From Nanoarchaeum equitans Kin4-M (GTDB lineage Archaea; Nanobdellota; Nanobdellia; Nanobdellales; Nanoarchaeaceae), in assembly GCA_000008085.1 (NCBI GenBank), contig AE017199.1, forward strand, positions 90,001 through 122,000: 32,000 nucleotides of DNA, read 5' to 3'. Shown one piece after another: positions 1 to 7,063 of the stretch. Both the position numbers and the translations under genes were made by a program. Within the stretch, counting starts at the first letter, position 1. Each line of letters starts with the position of its first letter. The notes under the pieces are model-generated. The model had not been told where the DNA came from. It was given only the letters and a program-made list of their open reading frames with translations, and did no database searches.

Positions 1-296
1 GCTTAGAGAAGCATGGCATTAAAATATTTACAGATGTTCAATTGGATAGAATAAAGCTTTATATTAATGGACCTATGACATATGAAGCTGCGGCAGATCT
101 AGTTAGGCTTTTAGCTATTAAACATTTTGTTGAGAGAAAAATCGAACTACCAATAGAAAAAGAAGAAAAGTTGTTTGCCAAATCTTTATTGGCATGGAGC
201 TGGAAAAAGATGTCGGAATATTATGACAAAAAGCCTTCAAAGCTTAGAGACGAAATAAGAAAGATATGCAAAGAATTATACCGTTCCTATTTCTAA
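1..296 (+). CDS. 3' end of a protein gene that begins upstream of the window (function unknown)
   Basis: Frame 3 is open from the first bases of the window to TAA at 294-296. The TTG at 42 used by the ORF track is probably internal. No motif I recognise. Confidence 0.4.
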   Translation, partial: LEKHGIKIFTDVQLDRIKLYINGPMTYEAAADLVRLLAIKHFVERKIELPIEKEEKLFAKSLLAWSWKKMSEYYDKKPSKLRDEIRKICKELYRSYF

Positions 297-919
297 TATT
301 AGTATTAGTATTTCTATCTCTAATACCAAAGAGTTGTAAAGTAGAATATGTTATTGATGGAGATACAATAAAAACGAGTTGTGGTAAAGTAAGGCTTTCT
401 TTAATTGATGCCCACGAAAGAGGAGAACCGCTATATGAAAAAGCGAAAGAGTTTGTTCAACAATTTCTTAGAAATTGTGACCCCGTTATAATAAAAGAAG
501 GCTATGATAAATATAATAGAATTTTAGCGTTAGTTAAATGTAACAACAAAACATTGAATGTTGAGTTAGTAAAAAACAAACTGGCTATTGTTTATTTAAG
601 GTATTGTCCTTATTCCAAATTTAGAGATTATGATATATTTTATAATTTTTGCCATTATATTAAATCAAACAAATATGGTTGTTTAGAACTAAAAAGGAAA
701 GGGCAAAAAGTTATTATTTTTAACAAATGCGATAAAATCCATATCGATGGGTTTGTTACTACATATAATGGAGAGTTTATTCCTATTAATGTTACTATTG
801 AAAAACAATATACTATCGATTTTTATGCCTATTTTCACAAAAATGTTTTAGACCCGAAAGAGAAAATTTTTGTATTCGATAGGAATGGCTTTTTGTTAGC
901 TCAGCTTGGCTCTTCTTAA
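266..919 (+). CDS. Membrane-anchored staphylococcal-nuclease (SNase/thermonuclease)-like protein with an extra C-terminal domain
   Basis: N-terminal hydrophobic helix (IIPFLFLILVLVFLSLI). It is followed by the SNase signature V-I-DGDT-x7-VRL-x-LIDA-H-E, where the usual IDAPE reads IDAHE, and by YDKYNRILA. About 90 further residues have no match I recognise. Confidence 0.7.
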   Translation: MQRIIPFLFLILVLVFLSLIPKSCKVEYVIDGDTIKTSCGKVRLSLIDAHERGEPLYEKAKEFVQQFLRNCDPVIIKEGYDKYNRILALVKCNNKTLNVELVKNKLAIVYLRYCPYSKFRDYDIFYNFCHYIKSNKYGCLELKRKGQKVIIFNKCDKIHIDGFVTTYNGEFIPINVTIEKQYTIDFYAYFHKNVLDPKEKIFVFDRNGFLLAQLGSS

Positions 920-951
920 TCACTGCTCATCCTGGGACAGCCTCATCATTT
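899..951 (-). ncRNA. Candidate C/D-box guide sRNA (box architecture 7-12-4-3-7-12-4 nt)
   Basis: Minus strand reads A-ATGATGA(C, 949-943)-GGCTGTCCCAGG-ATGA(D')-GCA-GTGATTA(C')-AGAAGAGCCAAG-CTGA(D, 904-901). Both spacers are 12 nt and the D'-C' loop is 3 nt, which is the canonical archaeal layout. It fills the 26-nt gap between two convergent genes and overlaps both stop codons. Confidence 0.6.
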
Positions 952-1776
952 TTGCTTTAGTTTTTCTAAAACTTTTTCGAAATGTGGGAGCTTATCAAAG
1001 GCATATTCAACTAAGCTATCTAAAGCTTTAGCTAAAAATTCAGAATTAATCCATATACCGACATCGTTTTGGTCATAAGCATTTTGGTCATCGTTTAGCA
1101 TAAATAATACTTCTTTTCCATCAACTATTATCATTCTACTATTTATTTTATCGCTATCCCTAATTTCTACATAAGGAGCAATTTTTTTCAAATATTCTAC
1201 ATTTCTCTCTGTTATTTTTGTTGCCATTTTTATGTTTACTCCCCTATTGTATAATTGTTTAAATAGCTCTTCAAATGCTCTTACTTTCCTAATAGCTCCA
1301 GTTTCGGTAGTGAATATTATAACTTTTTCCTCTGCTCCCCTCAGCATAGCCTCCATTTGGGAATATACACTATATCTCCCCCTAATGGAAGCAGCATTGT
1401 CAGTTATATCTAAATTCTTTAGCCCTTGTTTATATAATAATTCTAGTTGTGCAGCTAAATCGCTTTGTGCTATCAAATCTAATTTTTTAGCTTTTTCTTG
1501 TGCTTCCTGTAATAGCCTTTGTTTTACCCTATTAAATACTTCTCTAGGGGGGATAGCAGCATATTTAATAGGTTTTCCTAATCTCATAACGACAAAACCT
1601 TTTTTCTCTAAGCTTTCTAAAATATCATAAGCCCTACTTCTTGGGACATTAGCCATATCTGATAGTTCTCCAGCGGTAGCTTCCCCTTTAGCCAATAGAG
1701 CCAACCAAATTCTTGCTTCATATAGATTTAGACCAAATATTTGTCTTACTGTATTTACTAAATCCTCATTTATCAT
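946..1776 (-). CDS. TrmB-family transcriptional regulator (N-terminal winged helix plus C-terminal sensor-like domain)
   Basis: N-terminus GLNLYEARIWLALLAKGEATAGELSDMANVPRSRAYDILESLEKKGFV is the typical TrmB HTH. The 276-aa length fits full-length TrmB-like proteins. A TATA box (1797-1804) lies 21 nt upstream of the ATG. Confidence 0.8.
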   Translation of the reverse strand: MINEDLVNTVRQIFGLNLYEARIWLALLAKGEATAGELSDMANVPRSRAYDILESLEKKGFVVMRLGKPIKYAAIPPREVFNRVKQRLLQEAQEKAKKLDLIAQSDLAAQLELLYKQGLKNLDITDNAASIRGRYSVYSQMEAMLRGAEEKVIIFTTETGAIRKVRAFEELFKQLYNRGVNIKMATKITERNVEYLKKIAPYVEIRDSDKINSRMIIVDGKEVLFMLNDDQNAYDQNDVGIWINSEFLAKALDSLVEYAFDKLPHFEKVLEKLKQK

Positions 1777-1796
1777 TAGCTTATAGATAGACCTGA

Positions 1797-1804
1797 TTTA
1801 AAAA
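1797..1804 (-). promoter_or_regulatory. TATA box for the TrmB-like gene
   Basis: tttaaaaa on the + strand (TTTTTAAA on the - strand). Its edge lies 21 nt from the ATG at 1776. Confidence 0.5.
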
Positions 1805-1845
1805 TTTTTTGTTTACCTATCGTGGTAAAGTAGTTAAACATCCCA

Positions 1846-1853
1846 TTTATAAA
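1846..1853 (+). promoter_or_regulatory. TATA box for cysteine-rich gene 1
   Basis: TTTATAAA (palindromic) ends 22 nt before the GTG start at 1875. Confidence 0.5.
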
Positions 1854-1874
1854 TAAAAAAACTATTATCGATAT

Positions 1875-2651
1875 GTGCGCAGGGCACTAGAGTTGCCAAT
1901 AAACATTATAATAATATTAGTAATAGTGTTTTTCGTATTTACTATTGTTGTAGGGTTTGTACCTAAGCTATTAGGGGGAACCCTAGGCAAATTAGGAAGA
2001 ATTAGCGCTTATACCCAAGCTAATAGTGTTACCGCTGCCCAATCCACATGCCAAACATGGTGTGAAACTGCAAAACAAGCGAGTTCTCCCCAACAATTTT
2101 TAACTTCTACTTATTGTACTAAAAAAATCGCTATCCCTGCGTCGAATGGTTGTTGGCCCTCCCCAGTTAATGCTGGGGGTAGAGGGGAATGGTTACACCC
2201 CTGTGGGGGCTCTACTGTTAGCGAAACCCAATGTGGAGCAAGAATAACAAATTTTGATGAAAACTATAAAGGAAATAATAATATGAAATCTTACGACCCT
2301 GGCTGTGTTTCTGCTGACGATTTGTATAAGGAATGTACAACAGATAATGATTTATGTGTTTTTGTACCAGCAGGGTTAAAAGTTAATATTCCAACCAATT
2401 GTTGGGGAACCCCCATAGAAACACCTTGCGATACCGTTATATTTGTTGGAGATAAAACCTACGATTGTGGGGTAAGAAGGTTTTATGTTAAAGTAGATAA
2501 AGGAAAAGTTACATTATTCCATAGTAATAATGGTGGAACAGAAGTAGAAATGTGTGCTTGTAGGGATATGTCCAGAACAGATAAGGAAGTTTATTTGATA
2601 TATTTTGATGGCAAAGTATTAACATGCACTATAGGAGAGCAATGTCAATAA
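1875..2651 (+). CDS. Cysteine-rich secreted or membrane-anchored protein with a pilin-like N-terminus (paralogue 1)
   Basis: GTG start. The N-terminus is MRRALELPI followed by about 22 hydrophobic residues. I counted 16 Cys in the remainder. Clear paralogy to the next ORF over about 130 aa (CQxWC, FLxSxxCTKxxAIP, ITNF). Confidence 0.65.
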   Translation: MRRALELPINIIIILVIVFFVFTIVVGFVPKLLGGTLGKLGRISAYTQANSVTAAQSTCQTWCETAKQASSPQQFLTSTYCTKKIAIPASNGCWPSPVNAGGRGEWLHPCGGSTVSETQCGARITNFDENYKGNNNMKSYDPGCVSADDLYKECTTDNDLCVFVPAGLKVNIPTNCWGTPIETPCDTVIFVGDKTYDCGVRRFYVKVDKGKVTLFHSNNGGTEVEMCACRDMSRTDKEVYLIYFDGKVLTCTIGEQCQ

Positions 2652-2653
2652 CC

Positions 2654-2661
2654 TTTAAAAA
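2654..2661 (+). promoter_or_regulatory. TATA box for cysteine-rich gene 2
   Basis: TTTAAAAA ends 20 nt before the ATG at 2681. It lies just after the stop codon of gene 1 (2649-2651). Confidence 0.5.
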
Positions 2662-2680
2662 TAGTAAACATAAAAGAAAT

Positions 2681-3595
2681 ATGCGAAGATCTATAGAATT
2701 ACCAATATCTGTAGTGCTCTTCGCAATAATAGGTTTAATGGTTTTTTCTATATTATTGGGATTCATTCCCAAGGTTTTAGGCTCTTTGTTAGGAGGTTTT
2801 ATGTCCTCTGTTTCCGCTACTAAAGCGCAATCGATAGAGGAAGCAAGAGCTATTTGCCAGCAATGGTGTTCTTTAGCTAAAACTTCTAGCACACCAGAGA
2901 AATTCCTTAATAGTGATTTTTGTACAAAATATGTTGCTATCCCTTCCCAAACTAGAAACGCTTGTGGAGTAAAAAATACAAAACCCAACCTATATGTATG
3001 TAACGGCATATACAAATACGACAGTGGGAATAGCCAATGGGTGCTCCTTACGGGATGTGAAAAATATGAAACTGGCTCCCAATATAATTTAAGCAGTGAT
3101 GCTAATTGCAAAATCACGAATTTTAATGTAGATTGCAGAAGAAACGGTTTTGTTCTAAAATGCAATGTTGAATTGAAAACAGAAGGCTCTTGCACAGTAG
3201 ATAGTGTTAAATTATTTTATGGAATCGCCAATGGTTTCGTTGTTGCTTTAGCTGGCGAAGACGAAAGTAGTGTAACAATAAAAAATGGCGGAAGCTACAC
3301 CATAAGCCAATCTAAATCTCTATCATTAAATTCCGGTTCTTACAAAGGAGAAATAGAGATAGAAGATCCTTGTTATACTAAATACCATTACGATAAAGCG
3401 AGATGTGAAAGCGATAGTGCTTGCTCTTGGTTAAAAACTGGTAAAAGCATTGAACTAAAAAAATGTTACGAAAACCCAATAGGAGTGGTATGCTCTTTGC
3501 CCCCATTATTAGTTGGAACAGTTCAATATAGCTGTGCAAGTGATGAAAAAGGTTGTTTCTGTATAGGGAGCGATGGTTCTATTCTAAGAAAGTGA
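2681..3595 (+). CDS. Cysteine-rich secreted or membrane-anchored protein with a pilin-like N-terminus (paralogue 2)
   Basis: I place the start at ATG 2681 (MRRSIELPISVV...). It aligns with the N-terminus of paralogue 1 and has its own TATA box 20 nt upstream. The track start at 2624 would add 19 non-homologous residues. I counted 18 Cys. Confidence 0.65.
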   Translation: MRRSIELPISVVLFAIIGLMVFSILLGFIPKVLGSLLGGFMSSVSATKAQSIEEARAICQQWCSLAKTSSTPEKFLNSDFCTKYVAIPSQTRNACGVKNTKPNLYVCNGIYKYDSGNSQWVLLTGCEKYETGSQYNLSSDANCKITNFNVDCRRNGFVLKCNVELKTEGSCTVDSVKLFYGIANGFVVALAGEDESSVTIKNGGSYTISQSKSLSLNSGSYKGEIEIEDPCYTKYHYDKARCESDSACSWLKTGKSIELKKCYENPIGVVCSLPPLLVGTVQYSCASDEKGCFCIGSDGSILRK

Positions 3596-3674
3596 GCAAA
3601 CTTTTAGTTTATATATTTATGTTTTTGCTTATAACACTTTTGTTAGTATTGTTTACAAACCATTTGATGAACGC

Positions 3675-3682
3675 TTTTAAAA
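3675..3682 (+). promoter_or_regulatory. TATA box for rpl11
   Basis: TTTTAAAA (palindromic) ends 20 nt before the ATG at 3702. Confidence 0.5.
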
Positions 3683-3701
3683 TAGGCCAATAGACAAAGC
3701 G

Positions 3702-4184
3702 ATGGGTGAGATAGCAATTAGACTTTTAGTTACAGGAGGTAAAGCGACCCCTGGCCCACCAATAGGGCCTGCACTTAGCCCATTCAAAATAAACCCTGGT
3801 AAGGTTGTCGCAGAAATAAACAAACTCACTAAAGAATATGAAGGTTTGCCTGTACCTGTAGAAATAATAATAAATCCAGAAACCAAGGAATATAAAATCA
3901 TCGTTGGTTTGCCTCCAACTTCAGCATTATTAATGAAAGCTGCTGGAGTAACAAGGGGCCCACAAAGAACAGTTCACGAATGGGTTGGTAATGTATCTAT
4001 GAAAGATGTTGTGGAAATAGCTAAAAAGAAAATAGATTCTATGCCAACTAGTTCTTTAAAAGCAGCAGTCAAATCTGTATTAGGTACAGCGAGGGCCACT
4101 GGTATAAAAGTTGAGAACAAAGACCCAAAAGAAGTAACTAAAGAGGTTGACGAAGGAAAATGGGACCATATTATAAATGAATAG
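3702..4184 (+). CDS. rpl11: Ribosomal protein uL11 (L11)
   Basis: GGKATPGPPIGPALSPFKIN... and PPTSALLMKAAG are hallmark L11 motifs. Length is 160 aa. Confidence 0.93.
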   Translation: MGEIAIRLLVTGGKATPGPPIGPALSPFKINPGKVVAEINKLTKEYEGLPVPVEIIINPETKEYKIIVGLPPTSALLMKAAGVTRGPQRTVHEWVGNVSMKDVVEIAKKKIDSMPTSSLKAAVKSVLGTARATGIKVENKDPKEVTKEVDEGKWDHIINE

Positions 4185-5889
4185 AATTATATCAATTAAT
4201 GGACCATTAGTTATAGCCAAAGGGAAATTCTCTATATTTGAAGTAGTTAGGGTTGGAGAAGAAAAACTAATTGGGGAAGTAATTGGTATAGAGAATGACA
4301 AAGCTTATATACAAGTTTACGAAGACACTAATGGCTTAAAAGTTGGTGAGCCTGTATTTAATACAGGGAAACCATTAACTATAGAGCTTGGTCCAGGTTT
4401 GTTAGCCAATATTTTTGATGGGTTGGGACGACCACTAAAAGATATCTATGAAAAAACCCAATCCATATATATTCCAAAAGGAATTGATTTACCAACCCTA
4501 GATAGAAAAAAAGTATGGGAATTTATTCCAAAAAAGAAAAAGGGCGATACAATAAAGGGAGGCGATATAATTGGGACTGTAAATGAAAATGGATTTGAAC
4601 ATAGAATTATTGTCCCACCAAATGTTGAAGGCAAAATAGAAGAGATATATGAGGGCAATTTTACCATAGAGGAAACTATTGCTATAGTAAATGGGAAACC
4701 AATAAAATTATATCATGAATGGCCTATTAGGAAACCTCGTCCTTATAAAGAGAAATTAGATTATAATTATCCATTTATTACTGGTACTAGAGTTTTAGAT
4801 ATAATGTTTCCTATAGCCAAAGGAGGTAGTGCTGCTGTTCCTGGCCCATTTGGTTCGGGCAAAACAGTTCTAAACCAACAAATAGCAAAATGGGCCGATA
4901 GCGATATAGTTATATACATCGGTTGTGGAGAAAGAGGTAATGAAATGACCGAAGTTTTAGAAGAATTTCCAAAATTAAAAGATCCCAAAACAGGTAAACC
5001 TTTAATGTATAGAACTATTTTGATAGCCAATACCTCTAATATGCCTATAGCCGCTAGGGAAGCATCTATATATTTGGGCGCCACAATTGGAGAATACTTT
5101 AGAGACCAAGGTTATAGTGTTGTTGTTAATGCTGATTCCACTTCTAGATGGGCCGAAGCGTTAAGAGAAATCTCTTCTAGGCTTGGAGAAATCCCAAGCG
5201 AAGAAGGATACCCGGCATATTTGTTAAGAAAATTGGCCGAATTCTATGAAAGATCTGGAAGAGTAAGAACATTAAACGATTTAGAAGGCTCTTTAACAAT
5301 AATTGGAGCAGTTTCTCCCCCTGGAGGAGATTTCAGCGAACCAGTAACTCAAAATACCTTAAGATTAGTAGGAGCACTATGGGCCTTAGATTCTAAATTA
5401 GCTTACAAAAGGCATTACCCCGCAATAAACTATTTAATATCTTATACAAAACAATGGGAGTTTGTTAAAAAATATTTCGAAGAGCTTTATGAAGATGTGA
5501 TAGAGATTAGAGAAGAATTCTTTGCCATACTAAAAAGGGAATCTGAATTAATGGATATAGTTTCAATAGTTGGACCTGATGCTTTGTCCGACAATGAAAA
5601 AATCTATTTACATATGGGAAGAATAATAAGAGAGGGCTTTTTACAACAAGATGCATTCGATGAAAACGATTCTTATTCGCCTTTAGAAAAAACCATCGAG
5701 TTAATGAGAATAATCCATAAATATTATGTTACAGTAAAGCAATTATTAGGTAAAATCCCATTAGAAGAAATAGAACAGAAAGGAATACACGAAAAAATAA
5801 TAAAACTAAGGTATAAAAGTTTAAAGGAATTCAGAGAAGAAATAAAAGCTATTGAACAAGAGATTTTATCTCTTCTAAATTCTCAATAG
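4177..5889 (+). CDS. atpA: A/V-type ATP synthase catalytic subunit A
   Basis: Walker A motif GPFGSGKT, plus IYIGCGERGNEMTEVL, ALREISSRLGEIPSEEGYPAYL and PPGGDFSEPVTQ. Length is 570 aa. The ATG overlaps the end of rpl11 by 8 nt. Confidence 0.95.
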   Translation: MNRIISINGPLVIAKGKFSIFEVVRVGEEKLIGEVIGIENDKAYIQVYEDTNGLKVGEPVFNTGKPLTIELGPGLLANIFDGLGRPLKDIYEKTQSIYIPKGIDLPTLDRKKVWEFIPKKKKGDTIKGGDIIGTVNENGFEHRIIVPPNVEGKIEEIYEGNFTIEETIAIVNGKPIKLYHEWPIRKPRPYKEKLDYNYPFITGTRVLDIMFPIAKGGSAAVPGPFGSGKTVLNQQIAKWADSDIVIYIGCGERGNEMTEVLEEFPKLKDPKTGKPLMYRTILIANTSNMPIAAREASIYLGATIGEYFRDQGYSVVVNADSTSRWAEALREISSRLGEIPSEEGYPAYLLRKLAEFYERSGRVRTLNDLEGSLTIIGAVSPPGGDFSEPVTQNTLRLVGALWALDSKLAYKRHYPAINYLISYTKQWEFVKKYFEELYEDVIEIREEFFAILKRESELMDIVSIVGPDALSDNEKIYLHMGRIIREGFLQQDAFDENDSYSPLEKTIELMRIIHKYYVTVKQLLGKIPLEEIEQKGIHEKIIKLRYKSLKEFREEIKAIEQEILSLLNSQ

Positions 5890-7063
5890 GTATTTTCTTT
5901 CTTTCCCTTGTTAGCCTATCTTGAAATGTTACTAAATTATTGGCTAAATCCTTTTTACCAACAATAACTAAATACCTAATGTCTTTCTCTATAACATATT
6001 CCATTTGTTTCTTAAAGTCCCTTCTAAGCAAATCAATATAAACATTTAATCCCAAATCTCTTAATTTATTGGCAATTCTCCATGCTTCTTTGAAAACCTC
6101 TATATAAATAACTGCGATTTGCGTATATGTCTTTTTGTTTAGATTAAATATACCTTTTTCTAAACCAACATCGATTAATGGGTTAATACCTATACTCCCT
6201 CCAACGGCAGGAATTTTTTCTTTAGAAAATATCCCTATTAGATTATCGTACCTACCACCTCCGCCCAGGGCTCTATTAAAACCTTCAATCCACACTTCAT
6301 AAACCATACCAGTATAATAATCAAAACCCCTGGCTAATTTTATATCAATTTTTATTTTATTTTTCTTTTCCACTAAATCAATAATTTCCCAAAACTCCTT
6401 TGGATAAAATTCTTCAGGATTCTCTTTTAGCAATTCTATTATCTTTTCAGCTTTATCCGTTATTTGCTTTAGTTTTTCTAATACCCCTTCTTCTCCTATT
6501 TTGTCCCACTTATCTATAATTCTAGCTATTTCAATAAATTTATCCTTTTCTCCTACTTTTTCTATTAGTGATTCTAATGCCCTTCTATCAGAAACTCTTA
6601 GATAAACATTAAATCCTAAAGTTTCATAAGCCTCTATCATCATATTTAATATCTCTGCATCCGCTTCAGGATAAGGAGAACCAACTATATCGGCATCGGC
6701 TTGCCAAAACTCTCTATATCTTCCTTTTTGTGGTTCATCGTATCTAAAGGTTCTATCTATCGTATATCTCTTAAAAGGCAATTTAGGCCTAAACCTTGCG
6801 AAATACCTAGCCAATGGCACAGTTTGGTCATATTTTAATGCATACCATTTTTTGCTTTGTGGTACCCTAAACCGCCATATCTCTTTTTTCTCTGCTTCTT
6901 CCCCATATTTGCCTTTTAATGTGTCCCAATATTCTACAATTGGAGTAATAATTGGATCAAACCCGTATTTTTGGTAAACGCTTTCTATTTTTGATACTAT
7001 TTCTTTCCATAATATGGCCAATTCTGGAGTAAAATCCTTTGTCCCTCTCGGAGGTAAAATCAT
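5849..7063 (-). CDS. hisS: Histidyl-tRNA synthetase
   Basis: PRGTKDF N-terminus, class II motifs (FRYDEPQKGRYREFWQADADIVG) and GGGGRYDNLI. The 3' end overlaps the atpA 3' end by 41 nt (convergent). Confidence 0.93.
   Translation of the reverse strand: MILPPRGTKDFTPELAILWKEIVSKIESVYQKYGFDPIITPIVEYWDTLKGKYGEEAEKKEIWRFRVPQSKKWYALKYDQTVPLARYFARFRPKLPFKRYTIDRTFRYDEPQKGRYREFWQADADIVGSPYPEADAEILNMMIEAYETLGFNVYLRVSDRRALESLIEKVGEKDKFIEIARIIDKWDKIGEEGVLEKLKQITDKAEKIIELLKENPEEFYPKEFWEIIDLVEKKNKIKIDIKLARGFDYYTGMVYEVWIEGFNRALGGGGRYDNLIGIFSKEKIPAVGGSIGINPLIDVGLEKGIFNLNKKTYTQIAVIYIEVFKEAWRIANKLRDLGLNVYIDLLRRDFKKQMEYVIEKDIRYLVIVGKKDLANNLVTFQDRLTRERKKIPIENLEEIKSLVQ

Noticed and set aside
1232-1630. Long antisense 'shadow' ORFs opposite conserved genes, for example 1232-1630, 2629-3195, 4767-5084, 8044-8442, 13328-13660, 14308-14679, 19531-19818 and 31083-31829
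   Set aside because: Each lies entirely inside a gene with strong family signatures on the other strand (TrmB, Cys-rich protein, atpA, rps6e, rrp42, DRG, minD, ftsZ). Each encodes low-complexity Ser/Leu/Phe/Ile-rich sequence typical of the antisense frame of AT-rich coding DNA.
2624-2680. Upstream extension of the second Cys-rich gene (track start at 2624, overlapping gene 1)
   Set aside because: The extension (MHYRRAMSITFKNSKHKRN) has no counterpart in the paralogue. It spans the gene's own TATA box (2654-2661). ATG 2681 aligns exactly with the paralogue's N-terminus.
3618-3692. 24-codon hydrophobic ORF (MFLLITLLLVLFTNHLMNAFKIGQ) in the gap between the Cys-rich gene and rpl11
   Set aside because: The only upstream A/T box (about 3607-3614) is 4 nt from the ATG, far from the 20-21 nt spacing seen elsewhere. 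The T-rich sequence looks more like a terminator or 3' UTR of the preceding gene. It overlaps the rpl11 TATA box.
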